Shown piece by piece: positions 17,229 through 26,274 of a stretch of DNA of 64,000 nucleotides. Position 1 is the first letter of the stretch. The number at the start of each line of letters is the position of its first letter. The notes below the pieces were generated by a model. That model made no database searches, was not told where the DNA came from, and worked only from the letters and a program-made list of their open reading frames with translations. The position numbers and the translations under genes are program-made. This DNA is from Desulfobaccales bacterium (GTDB lineage: Bacteria; Desulfobacterota; Desulfobaccia; Desulfobaccales; 0-14-0-80-60-11), in the NCBI GenBank assembly GCA_052326585.1, contig JBKQLU010000044.1, positions 9,299-73,298 on the forward strand. Reading direction: 5' to 3'.

Positions 17229-18563
17229 TTATTGGCCGTTCCCCGGCTGGCCGATGTAAAAGTACTTGAACCCCAGCTTGGCCATCTTATCGGCCTGATA
17301 AAGGTTACGGCCGTCGAAAATTACCGGGCTCTTCAGCAGGGATTTGATCCGGTCGAAGTCCGGCTCCCGGAACCGGGCCCATTCGGTACAGATGATGAGG
17401 GCATCGGCACCCTGCAGGGCCTCATAGCTGGAGGCCGCGAAACTGACGGCCGGCTGGTCCCCCAGGTATTGGCGGGTGGCCGCGATGGCCTCGGGATCGT
17501 GGGCCTGCAGGCGCGCCCCGGCCGCCGCCAGGCTGGCAATGAGGGCCAGGGCCGGGGCCTCCCGAATGTCGTCGGTCTGAGGTTTAAAGGAGAGGCCCCA
17601 CAGGGCAAAGACCTTCCCCTTGAGATCCCCATGGTAATAAGCCGCGATGCGCTCCGCAAAGATGCGGCGCTGCTCCTGGTTGACGGCCTCCGCGGCTTCC
17701 AGGATGCGGGGGGTGTAGCCCCGGGACCTGGCGGTGTGGATCAGGGCCTGCATGTCCTTGGGGAAACAGGAACCGCCATAGCCCAGTCCCGGGAACAGGA
17801 AGAGGGGCCCGATGCGGCGGTCGGAGCCGATGCCCTGGCGGATCATTTTGATATCGGCGCCGGTGCGGCTGCAGATGTTGGCCATTTCGTTGATAAAGGA
17901 AATCTTGGTGGCCAAAAAGGCGTTGGCGGCGTACTTGGTAAGTTCAGCGGAAACCACGTCCATGACGATGATGGGGGCGTTGGTGCGCACGAAGGGTGCA
18001 TAGAGCTCCCGCATCAACTCTCCCACCCGGACATCATCGCAGCCCACCACCACCCGGTCCGGCTTCATGAAGTCGTCCAAGGCGGTGCCTTCCTTGAGAA
18101 ATTCCGGGTTGGAGACTACGTCAAATTCCAGGACCTGGCCCCGGGCGGCCAGCTCCTCCCGGATGACCTGGCGCACCTGGACTGCGGTGCCCACCGGCAC
18201 CGTGGACTTCTCCACGATCACCTTGTAGCCGTTCATGTGGCGGCCGATTTCCCGGGCCACCTGGAGGACCATGGAAAGGTCGGCCGAGCCGTCCCGGTCC
18301 TGGGGCGTGCCCACCGCGATGAAGCAGAGCAGGCTCTGCTGCACCGCCGTGGCCAGGTCGGTGGTGAAGCTCAGGCGCTGGTCCTGGACATTGCGCTTGA
18401 CATAATCCTCCAGCCCCGGCTCGTAAATGGGGATGCGCCCCTGTTCCAGAGCCTCCACCTTGGCGACCGCCGCGTCCACCAAAATGACGTTATTACCCAT
18501 TTCGGCGAAGCAGGCCCCGGTCACCAGACCGACATAGCCTGCCCCGATGATGGCCAATTTCAT
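17229..18563 (-). CDS. ugd: UDP-glucose 6-dehydrogenase
   Basis: MKLAIIGAGYVGLVTGACFAEMG Rossmann start, catalytic GGSCFPKD block, 444 aa. Confidence 0.9.
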   Translation of the reverse strand: MKLAIIGAGYVGLVTGACFAEMGNNVILVDAAVAKVEALEQGRIPIYEPGLEDYVKRNVQDQRLSFTTDLATAVQQSLLCFIAVGTPQDRDGSADLSMVLQVAREIGRHMNGYKVIVEKSTVPVGTAVQVRQVIREELAARGQVLEFDVVSNPEFLKEGTALDDFMKPDRVVVGCDDVRVGELMRELYAPFVRTNAPIIVMDVVSAELTKYAANAFLATKISFINEMANICSRTGADIKMIRQGIGSDRRIGPLFLFPGLGYGGSCFPKDMQALIHTARSRGYTPRILEAAEAVNQEQRRIFAERIAAYYHGDLKGKVFALWGLSFKPQTDDIREAPALALIASLAAAGARLQAHDPEAIAATRQYLGDQPAVSFAASSYEALQGADALIICTEWARFREPDFDRIKSLLKSPVIFDGRNLYQADKMAKLGFKYFYIGQPGNGQ

Positions 18564-18834
18564 TTAAGGTTACCTCCCTGGGAATTCTCAGGCGGTCGTT
18601 GACTGGACCGTTATAGTCCGGAATCCCAGCAGTCGTTCCCGGGCCTTGGGCCCACCCCTAAATTATGAGAAGACCGGTGGGCCGGGCCTGCCGCCCGTCA
18701 CGCAGTCCGCACCGGCGCACCCCGGTGCCCTAATTCTTCACCCGCTTTTCCGGGCGGATACCGCTCAAAGTTTTTAAATTTATCAGTTTGCCTAAAAAAA
18801 GCTATCGGCCCATACCCCGGCCGCAGACCTCTCA

Positions 18835-21123
18835 TTAGAAGAAATCGGGGGCCTCCTCTTTGGACTTGGCTCCCGAGAAGTGCACCGGGGAGTGATTCAT
18901 CTTCTCTCCCAGGCCGGGAATGAATACGATGGCCGACACCCGCTTGTCGTCCGGGCGGTCGGTAAAGGAGAGGGCCACCCCCCAACACTGGCGCTGAATA
19001 ATCAGCCCGTAATTGTTCTCCAATTGTTTATTGGTCTGAAAGGTATGCCCATAGGTGAGCCAAGTCTTTACTGATTGCATCAGATTCAGATAGGTTTGGA
19101 CGTTTATCTGTTTGGCGAAGTCTTCGAGGAAAACATAGTTCACACTTAAGAAGTTCTGCCGGTTGGCGTCCAGGAGGGTCAGTTTGGCATTGGCTTGCTC
19201 GAAACCCTCCTGGTAGGGGGAGACGGCCAGGTCCAGGCCCAGGGTGACCTGCCGGCTGGGATAAACCTCCGTCTGCCCCAGAAAGTCGGAAAAGAGATGG
19301 TGGCGCTCGGGGGTGCCGTCGAGGCCCATGAAATCCCGGTTAAAAAAGCCGCTCTGGCTCAGGCGGAACCAGACCAGGTCTTTGACATTGGCCTGTCCAT
19401 CCTTGGTGAGGCCGTGCCACAGGATGGTGTTGGAGAGGCCGTAGGTCAAGGCATTGACGCCACCGATGGGGTCGTCCCCATCCCGTACCGGCAGGTTGCG
19501 GTTGGTGTGGGTCGTCCAGCCCACGTCGTTGAGGTCGAAGTCCGGGTAGCGCTGCGGGTTATAGTTGCCGATATTGTAGTAGGTCACTTCCGGCCGGATA
19601 ATGTGCCGGAAGTAAGTGCTGGCCCCATCATCCCGGCCGTAATCCCGGTCCCAGGCGCTGGACAGGCCCACCCGGGAATCGAATATCTGCCGGTTCAGGT
19701 ACCCATCCGATGGGCCACCCAGGACACTTTGGTCGACGCGGTAAACGGTCTCCCGGAATCCGGCCTCGGAACTGAAGGCCACTGCCGGCACCGGCTGCCC
19801 CTGGAGCGAGAACTGCGGATGGAGATCCAGGCGGTCGCCGTTCAGGCCCTGGTGCTGCAAAAAATAGTCATAGCTGCCATTCATCCCGAAATATAACGGC
19901 AAATCGGGCACCAAGGGCAAATTGGCCACCGGCAGGGGCAGGGAAGTCAGGTTCATCCCGGGGAGCTGGTGCCAGACGGCCGGGTCGGCCGGGTTAAGCC
20001 TTTCAAAATAGGTGCCGTAGGCGGTAAAGTTGGCCCAGGAGAAATTGCGGCTCAGTTGGAAGGTGGAGACCCGGGTGCTAACCTCCTGCTCCTCGAGATT
20101 CCGGCCGAAAGTGTCCAGCAGGTCCCGGGAATAGCGGTTCAGGCCCATGTAGCCGAAGTTGAAGTCACTGAGGTAGTTGACGTCGCTCACCCGGTCCACC
20201 GTGGTGCGCAGCCCCCAATCGTCGGGCAGCGGTTGGTTTACCATCCCCGATATCCAATAGCGGTGGTCGGTGGGCTCGTTGGGTTTGCCGTCATCTATAT
20301 AGAAAAAGCGGACATTGGCGGCCGCATCATCGTGCCCCTGGCGGCGGAACTCGCCCCCCTGCATGTAGCCCCGGTTGGAAAGAAAGGTCTGATACAGAGT
20401 GGCGTCAGTGTTGTTGTTGATGGCCCAATAAAAGGGGAGTTGCACCACGGTGCCGCCGGCCTTGTGCTCCCCGAAGAACGGCAGCAGAAAGCCGCTCTGG
20501 CGCTCATTCATCACCGGCAGCACCGCAAAAGGCATATAGAGGACCGGCACCCCCCCCAGGTTGAACTTGGCGTCCTTGCCGGTGGCGTAACCTTCCACCT
20601 TCACCGACAACTGGTGAACCGAAAAGCTCCATACCGGACGGTCGGCGTCGCAGGTCGTCACCGTGGCATCTTCAGCCACATAGGTATTGTCCCCGGTGCG
20701 GCGGATGAGTTTGCCAACCACCCGGAAATGGTTCTTCATCAAGAAGAGGCGGCCGTCCTGCAACTCGCCGCCGCGGGTGGCCAGGTTGAAGCGGCCCTTC
20801 GTGCCGGTGAAGACGTCTTCCTCCATAATAATGACCACGTTGCCGGTGAGGGTCGCTACCTTGGTGGCTTCATCCACCTGCGCCTGGTCCGCGGTGATGC
20901 GCCGGTCGGCCTGGCTGATCTCCACCCGCCCCCGGGCGACATAGAGGTGGTTGGCGGCATCATAGGTGAGGGTCTCGGCCTTGATCCGCCAGGGCCCCCC
21001 CTGGAAGCGCTCGGACTTGAACAGGTCCATTTCTGCGGCCAGGGCCAGCCCGGCCCAAAGCAAGATGGGGAGAACCCCGCAGATTTTGACCCAGCGCTTC
21101 GCCATACCCATCCCTTGTCTCAC
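18835..21123 (-). CDS. lptD: LPS-assembly outer membrane protein LptD (OstA family)
   Basis: 762 aa with a signal peptide, an OstA-like N-terminal domain (ADQAQVDEATKVATLTGNVVI) and a large beta-barrel C-terminal region. Confidence 0.85.
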   Translation of the reverse strand: MRQGMGMAKRWVKICGVLPILLWAGLALAAEMDLFKSERFQGGPWRIKAETLTYDAANHLYVARGRVEISQADRRITADQAQVDEATKVATLTGNVVIIMEEDVFTGTKGRFNLATRGGELQDGRLFLMKNHFRVVGKLIRRTGDNTYVAEDATVTTCDADRPVWSFSVHQLSVKVEGYATGKDAKFNLGGVPVLYMPFAVLPVMNERQSGFLLPFFGEHKAGGTVVQLPFYWAINNNTDATLYQTFLSNRGYMQGGEFRRQGHDDAAANVRFFYIDDGKPNEPTDHRYWISGMVNQPLPDDWGLRTTVDRVSDVNYLSDFNFGYMGLNRYSRDLLDTFGRNLEEQEVSTRVSTFQLSRNFSWANFTAYGTYFERLNPADPAVWHQLPGMNLTSLPLPVANLPLVPDLPLYFGMNGSYDYFLQHQGLNGDRLDLHPQFSLQGQPVPAVAFSSEAGFRETVYRVDQSVLGGPSDGYLNRQIFDSRVGLSSAWDRDYGRDDGASTYFRHIIRPEVTYYNIGNYNPQRYPDFDLNDVGWTTHTNRNLPVRDGDDPIGGVNALTYGLSNTILWHGLTKDGQANVKDLVWFRLSQSGFFNRDFMGLDGTPERHHLFSDFLGQTEVYPSRQVTLGLDLAVSPYQEGFEQANAKLTLLDANRQNFLSVNYVFLEDFAKQINVQTYLNLMQSVKTWLTYGHTFQTNKQLENNYGLIIQRQCWGVALSFTDRPDDKRVSAIVFIPGLGEKMNHSPVHFSGAKSKEEAPDFF

Positions 21124-21432
21124 CCGCCCCCCGGAATCGGTGCATCATACCATGCCCCCCGGCATCTTTCAACAACCGCAGGCCAGAGGGTGAGCGGCCG
21201 GGATTGGCGGGCTGGCCGGTTAATTTGTGACCTTTTTGGGGGCGCCGCCCCAGGATTTTTTTCTTGCCGGGTGCTTCTCAGACACCTCCACCCCGCCGGC
21301 GGCGGCCGGTCCAGCCGCGAATTTTTCCGGGCCCTGGCGTCGGCGGGCCAGACGACAAAGGAACAGGAAACCGCCGCCCCGCTCCCCCTTGCGCCCCGGG
21401 CGAACCTGGCATATTATACTCAGTGGCCCTGC

Positions 21433-21511
21433 GCCCCCGTAGCTCAGTAATGGACAGAGCAAAGGATTCCTAATCCTTGTGTCGCTGGTTCGAGTCCAGT
21501 CGGGGGCGCCA
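21433..21511 (+). tRNA. tRNA-Arg (anticodon CCU)
   Basis: Hand-folded. Acceptor is GCCCCCG/CGGGGGC, anticodon stem AAGGA/UCCUU with loop UUCCUAA, T-arm GCUGG-UUCGAGU-CCAGU, discriminator G plus CCA. The D-loop is 11 nt, slightly long. Confidence 0.85.
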
Positions 21512-22278
21512 TTATTGGTGAGTGTATGACAGATTTGGTCAATCCTGTTTTCCGGCAAGGATAACCCAGGGATAACCAGGGTGCGGAAATTACTCCAGTT
21601 GGCACGGAAATAACCTGTGGGGTGTCTGGCCCTGGCAGAGGGGGAAGCACGAGCTCCTGGTCCTTGGTGAGGGAATGCCGAGAGACCCAAATGAGCATTG
21701 AGGCCCCCCATAGTAAAGGCTCTCCTCTCTATCGCGCCGTGTAGGGCATCCTGGGGAGCCGTGGTGGGGGGATCGGGGTCGCCTCCCACTCTTTGCCTGT
21801 CCCTGGCCAGCGGCGGCCCCGCTGGCCTGAAGAATTTTCGGCCCGGGAAGGCAAACCCGGACCCGGGACTCCTACCCCCCCTGTGCTTGAATGGGCGCCA
21901 TGGACAATATTCTCAAATTCTATCGAGGGAGAAATGGCAGCCCCCCCTGCGAAGGGCCGGCCCAAATATTTTTTGATGAAAAATTCTCGCCGGTCGATTA
22001 GGAACCTGTAACCATAGGAACACCCCCGGGGTGCGGCAGAGAAGGGGCGAGGGTGTGGTCAGAGATCAATATACGATGTGCATATCAGAACCCTACAAGC
22101 TTGGTGGTGAACTGCGGATATATAGCAGTGATCTGCAATTTTACATTACCTTCCCACTTAGCGTCGAAGGCGCAACCCGCGGAGAAGGACCATTTTCGGT
22201 GGCGAGATATTCGCTCCCCGCCAGGAAACCCAACAGGGCGGTTGATTTAATGAGATTGCCGCATATTTTAGTCTAGCC

Positions 22279-23730
22279 TTAGAATTCTGCGTGCAGCCGC
22301 AGGCCAAAGACCGATACCGGACCACGATCCTGGTTGTAAGCCGGGTTGATAATCAACTGGTAGTCCGCGGTGATGTTCAGTGTGCCGTTGCCTGTTCCTG
22401 CATGTACCAATGTTAGCGGCGAGGCGAATTTGAGCACGGCGATATTGTAATACGTTTCGAATACTAGTTCAGGTGAGGCATGCGTCAATTCGCCGTCGCC
22501 GATAATCCCGCCGAGACCACCGGCTCCGAAATATTGCCTGGCCGGGTTCGAAATTTGGTTGACTGCAAATGCCAACCCAACGTTATCATCGGGGCGGCAC
22601 CAGTGAGATCCTTTCAACGACAACCCACCCGAAACAGAGACGTTTACGTCGGTGAAGTCGACCTCCTCCACGCCGCCCTGGCACCAGCCTCCCCGGAGGA
22701 ACATACCAAGATCGGGAACAAGTTGCTGTTCGAGATTAAACCCAATACCGTATTTGGTGCGAAATCTGCGCACCGCTTCGACATCGGGCGTCAGGCCGGT
22801 TTCGCCACCCCAAGCTAGCGCATCGTTATAAGAGGCAAGATTGCCACCAGTCAGGAAATACAGGACCTTGAACTTGCCGGGCTGATCCCATAGTGTATGC
22901 CTCTCTTCTAATTCCGCACAGAACTGCCCTTGCGAGAAACCCCTGGTGCTGAGATGTATGCTGTTCGGGGTGCTCGACATGTCGAACAGACCGACCCTGG
23001 CGGTCCACCAATCCTGTTGCCATTCGGCCGCGGCTCCGTAGGTGAAGCCCCAGGCGTCCGCCGCATAGTCGAAGGCACCCAGGTCGACGATCGTCCAGTT
23101 GAGGAAGTCGCCGCGAGGATCGTGGGCATATTTGTTGGTATCGAAGATGTCGACCACGGAGAACTTACCAATGGTCATCACCAGATGGTTGGCGGTCTGG
23201 GTGCCACCCAAGACATTCGCATCAGGGTCAACTTTTTCAGTCTCGCCGCTCAAATTGATCGTCTGACGGAAGAAGGCCCGGTCCAATCTGAAGTACGGAG
23301 TGGTTCTGCCGAGCTTGTAGGCTTCGCCGCTGGGGTATCCCGCCACCCCGAAAGTGTCGCTTAGACCGAAGCCCTGGTCCATAGTTGGATTGGCCCAGAG
23401 TTCGGCGCCCTGCCACGGGCGTAACCCGAGATAGGCCGTTATATCAGTAGTCTCCCTGCCATTGGCTTTAGGATAAAGGCTATGCGGCCCTACTTTAAAA
23501 TAGGGGGAATAGAATGCCGGCTGCAATTCCCAGGTGACCGTGGACTGACCGTGTATGGCCCAGATCTCCGGCACCACTTGCTCGGCTTCTTTAGAAGTGA
23601 CTGGTGTGCCTTGGGGTGATGGCGTCGGGCTAGTCATTTGAGCATGGCATAACCACGGACAGAGAAGGCTGGCGGCCGCTACAACGCCTATCAAGAACAT
23701 TGCCGCTCTTCTGCAATGTATGAAACTCAT
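22279..23730 (-). CDS. Outer-membrane porin, OprB (carbohydrate-selective porin) family
   Basis: 483 aa with a signal peptide and a C-terminal ...GLRLHAEF. Blocks such as GDFLNWTIVDLGAFDYAADAWGFTYGAAAEWQQDWWTARVGLFDMS resemble OprB-family porins. Confidence 0.6.
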   Translation of the reverse strand: MSFIHCRRAAMFLIGVVAAASLLCPWLCHAQMTSPTPSPQGTPVTSKEAEQVVPEIWAIHGQSTVTWELQPAFYSPYFKVGPHSLYPKANGRETTDITAYLGLRPWQGAELWANPTMDQGFGLSDTFGVAGYPSGEAYKLGRTTPYFRLDRAFFRQTINLSGETEKVDPDANVLGGTQTANHLVMTIGKFSVVDIFDTNKYAHDPRGDFLNWTIVDLGAFDYAADAWGFTYGAAAEWQQDWWTARVGLFDMSSTPNSIHLSTRGFSQGQFCAELEERHTLWDQPGKFKVLYFLTGGNLASYNDALAWGGETGLTPDVEAVRRFRTKYGIGFNLEQQLVPDLGMFLRGGWCQGGVEEVDFTDVNVSVSGGLSLKGSHWCRPDDNVGLAFAVNQISNPARQYFGAGGLGGIIGDGELTHASPELVFETYYNIAVLKFASPLTLVHAGTGNGTLNITADYQLIINPAYNQDRGPVSVFGLRLHAEF

Positions 23731-23831
23731 GTTTCCCCCCTTTTAGATGGACGGCCAAAAAAAGGCCACGGAAACCCTGTAAATTCACTTCAAGCGATTT
23801 TGGTCCTATTTTTATCTCATCGGAGCTGCTA

Positions 23832-23859
23832 TTGACATCGACAAAAGCCTGGTTATAAT
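23832..23859 (+). promoter_or_regulatory. Near-consensus sigma70 promoter (TTGACA, 16 nt, TATAAT) for the His-rich peptide gene
   Basis: Hexamers read directly from the sequence, 36 nt upstream of the ATG. Confidence 0.65.
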
Positions 23860-23894
23860 ATATTGAAAATATAGTAAAAAGGAGGTGATACCGT

Positions 23895-24056
23895 ATGTGC
23901 TGTAACAACAAAGATAAACATGAGCACGAACACGCCCATGGGGTCGAGACCCATGCCCACGACGGCCACGAGCATAGGCATGAGGCCATCGTCCATAGCC
24001 ATGAGCATACCCACGACGAGGGCCATCACAGCCACGAGCATAAGTGCTGCCAATAA
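23895..24056 (+). CDS. 53-aa histidine/cysteine-rich metal-binding peptide (Hpn-like)
   Basis: My own translation gives MCCNNKDKHEHEHAHGVETHAHDGHEHRHEAIVHSHEHTHDEGHHSHEHKCCQ*. It has 21 His and a CC pair at each end. Strong RBS (AAAAGGAGGTGATACCGT-ATG), a consensus promoter upstream and a terminator immediately downstream. It is below the 60-aa cut-off of the ORF track. Confidence 0.7.
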   Translation: MCCNNKDKHEHEHAHGVETHAHDGHEHRHEAIVHSHEHTHDEGHHSHEHKCCQ

Positions 24057-24057
24057 C

Positions 24058-24146
24058 GGAAAGCCACGGGTCCGCGGAAAATTAGGCCACGAAGGCTTTA
24101 TCTGGTCTGAAGACCGGAGGAGCGTTCGTGGCTTTCCCTTTTTTCT
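24058..24146 (+). terminator. Long two-tier hairpin plus U-tract terminator. It belongs to the GCCAYGAAGG...CRTGGCTTT element family.
   Basis: The outer stem GGAAAGCCACG/CGTGGCTTTCC encloses GGCCACGAAGG and an inner GGTC-tgaa-GACC hairpin, followed by CTTTTTTC. Confidence 0.65.
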
Positions 24147-24155
24147 TTCCATTCC

Positions 24156-24413
24156 CTATCCGCTAAGTCGAACCAAAGGGTGAATAGGCCGCAAATACTT
24201 TTGGTCAGTTTGCGCCACCAAGATTTTGATATCCGCATAACCCTTGGTGAACAGGTGATGCCAGGCATCGTTCACCTCGAAGAATCCTTGACTTGAGCCC
24301 ACCAGTTCCACTCGATCGGCCGGGAAGCCCATTTCCTTACAGCAGCTTGCCAGATCAAAATTCTCCGGCAACTCTGCGCCACCCACCAGATAGACGATCA
24401 GCCCGCTCCTCAT
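24156..24413 (-). CDS. Small conserved hypothetical protein, paralog 1 (85 aa), last gene of the cbi operon
   Basis: RBS GGAGGTGAT-ATG at 24413. The sequence is MRSGLIVYLVGGAELPENFD...FFEVNDAWHHLF...ILVAQTDQKYLRPIHPLVRLSG*. It is collinear with the protein at 28274-28588. I moved the start relative to the ORF track. Confidence 0.6.
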   Translation of the reverse strand: MRSGLIVYLVGGAELPENFDLASCCKEMGFPADRVELVGSSQGFFEVNDAWHHLFTKGYADIKILVAQTDQKYLRPIHPLVRLSG

Positions 24414-24523
24414 ATCACCTCCTATAAGTTCTGCAGAGTTTGGGTCAGATGATAAATATTGACGATCTCTTGCTGCTCTCTCAACCCCTGCATGATGACC
24501 TGATTCATGCAAAATTTTTTATC

Positions 24524-25309
24524 TTATCGGCCCTGATTCCAGTCAGGTATCACCTCCAGGGCATTGATGATGTGCTCTTGGAAAATTTTAATTACTCCCG
24601 GGTAATGCAGCAGGCCGGTGGGATCCAGGGTGACGGTCAGGCCGGCCTCTTGCAGAGCGGTTTGCCAGGAATTTTCCGGCCCGGCCAGATCTATCTTGAA
24701 ATGACGCCCCGCCACCATCATGAGGGGCAGCAACCGTATCCGCTTCAGGCCGGATTTGACCACCCGGGCGATGACCTCTTGCCGGGAAGGGGGGCCTTCC
24801 AGGACGCCGATGTGGACCTGGTGGCCGAACCGCCCGGATAACAGGTATTGCAGTGCCAGGTACGTGGCCCAACTGGGGTGATCGCTGCCATGTCCCACCA
24901 AGATGATGGCCTCCTCGCTCCCTAGGGCGTCCAGTTTAGGGGCCAGCGCTTCCAGAAAAGCACCATAATCCTCTGGAGCCCACAAGAGTGGTAGCCCCAT
25001 GGCCGTCCGTATCCCGCAGGCATGCACCTCTTCCACCAGGCGATAAAATTCGTGCCCGGCCATGAGATGCAAGGCCTGCACCACCGCCCATTCAAAACCC
25101 CGGGCCTGCAATTCCTCCAGTAGTTCTCCCGGACCTTTCCACTTCCGCCCCCGGCGCTGTTGGTCAAAGTCCCGCACCATACGGGAAGAGAAGGCCCAAT
25201 GAACTTCATGTGCAGGGAAGGCTGTCCGGATGTGTGTATCCAGGTAAGTATAAGACTGCCGGGCTGAGGTGGTGGTGCCGAAGGCTACCAGAACTATGGG
25301 GACTTTCAT
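24524..25309 (-). CDS. cbiK: Sirohydrochlorin cobaltochelatase (anaerobic cobalt chelatase CbiK)
   Basis: 261 aa: MKVPIVLVAFGTT..., later ILVGHGSDHP and LLPLMMVAGRHF blocks typical of CbiK. Confidence 0.8.
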   Translation of the reverse strand: MKVPIVLVAFGTTTSARQSYTYLDTHIRTAFPAHEVHWAFSSRMVRDFDQQRRGRKWKGPGELLEELQARGFEWAVVQALHLMAGHEFYRLVEEVHACGIRTAMGLPLLWAPEDYGAFLEALAPKLDALGSEEAIILVGHGSDHPSWATYLALQYLLSGRFGHQVHIGVLEGPPSRQEVIARVVKSGLKRIRLLPLMMVAGRHFKIDLAGPENSWQTALQEAGLTVTLDPTGLLHYPGVIKIFQEHIINALEVIPDWNQGR

Positions 25310-25384
25310 GATTTCATCTCTATGATCATTTTATTCCCGGCCTTCGGGCATCACATCTTTTATTAACATTCTAATTTCAAACAC

Positions 25385-26260
25385 CTAACCATTGTTGTCC
25401 AGATTCCGTTTCGTCTTGCCTGGGCCATTTATAAAGCAGACTTCTTCCAGCACATGCCTTGCCTGTCCGATGGTGAGCGGAAGGCGTTCCGCTTCCAGAC
25501 AGCCTTGCTTCCTGAGTATTTCAATCAAATGGGCAACCCTGGGCAGCCGCAGGCCGATCTTTCGGATAATATCCTTCTGGGCGAACACCTCCGCCGTGCT
25601 ACCCGAAAGGATGATTTCTCCTGCATTCATCAGATAAACCCGATCCGCCAACAGTGGGATGATATCTGCATCGTGGGAAGAGAATATCAGCGTGATGCCC
25701 ATTTCCTTGTTGATTTTGTTGAGCAGCCCCACGAGACTGCTTGCGCCTTGGGGATCAAGCGCGGCAGTTGGCTCATCCAATACGAGTACGTCGGGCTTCA
25801 TGGCAAGAACGCTGGCCAGAGCGACTCTTTTCTTCTCCCCCTGGCTCAGATTGAGCGGGCTCTTCTCGCTGTAGCCACATATGCCCACGGCCTCGAGAGC
25901 CCAATTGACCGCATGGTCCAGCTCCTTTCCGGTGACCTGCATATTCATTAGCCCATAGGCCACTTCCTGGCGCACGCTTGCATTGAAAAGCTGGTCATCC
26001 GGATCCTGGAAAACCATCCCGACCTTGGCGCGTATCCGATATAAGTTCTTTTTTTCAACCAACAGTCCGTCAACATAAACCCTGCCGGAGGAGGCCAGTA
26101 AAAGGCCATTAAAGGTGTTAAACAGCGTAGATTTTCCTGCACCGTTCGGTCCAATCACCGCAATCCGTTCGCCTCTTTCGATTTTCAGGCTCACTTGACG
26201 GAGTGCTACGAATCCGCCCGCATATGTGTAGCAAACCTCCTGGACATCGATAAGGCTCAT
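25385..26260 (-). CDS. cbiO: Cobalt ECF/ABC transporter ATP-binding protein CbiO
   Basis: Walker A GPNGAGKST, signature LSQGEKKRV, Walker B VLVLDEP. Operon position is after cbiQ. Confidence 0.85.
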   Translation of the reverse strand: MSLIDVQEVCYTYAGGFVALRQVSLKIERGERIAVIGPNGAGKSTLFNTFNGLLLASSGRVYVDGLLVEKKNLYRIRAKVGMVFQDPDDQLFNASVRQEVAYGLMNMQVTGKELDHAVNWALEAVGICGYSEKSPLNLSQGEKKRVALASVLAMKPDVLVLDEPTAALDPQGASSLVGLLNKINKEMGITLIFSSHDADIIPLLADRVYLMNAGEIILSGSTAEVFAQKDIIRKIGLRLPRVAHLIEILRKQGCLEAERLPLTIGQARHVLEEVCFINGPGKTKRNLDNNG

Positions 26261-26274
26261 TGCTGTTTCCTCTC

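Noticed and set aside
17190-18602. 470-aa ORF on the + strand
   Set aside because: Antisense shadow of ugd (UDP-glucose 6-dehydrogenase), with low-complexity G/A/D/H-rich composition.
19969-21450. 493-aa ORF on the + strand (and 19195-19896)
   Set aside because: Antisense shadow of lptD. It would also run into the tRNA-Arg gene.
22085-22156. Minus-strand OMP-like C-terminal end (...WEGNVKLQITAIYPQFTTKLVGF*) just 3' of the porin gene
   Set aside because: It is only about 23-30 codons and is interrupted upstream. That is too short to call a pseudogene with confidence. I mention it only as context for the decayed region after tRNA-Arg.
23853-24183. ORF-track ORFs 23853-24152 (-) and 23920-24183 (+) overlapping the His-rich peptide locus
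   Set aside because: Neither has an RBS or promoter. The third frame (23895-24056) has a consensus promoter, a strong RBS and a terminator. The other two are by-products of the CAY/GAR-rich repeat.
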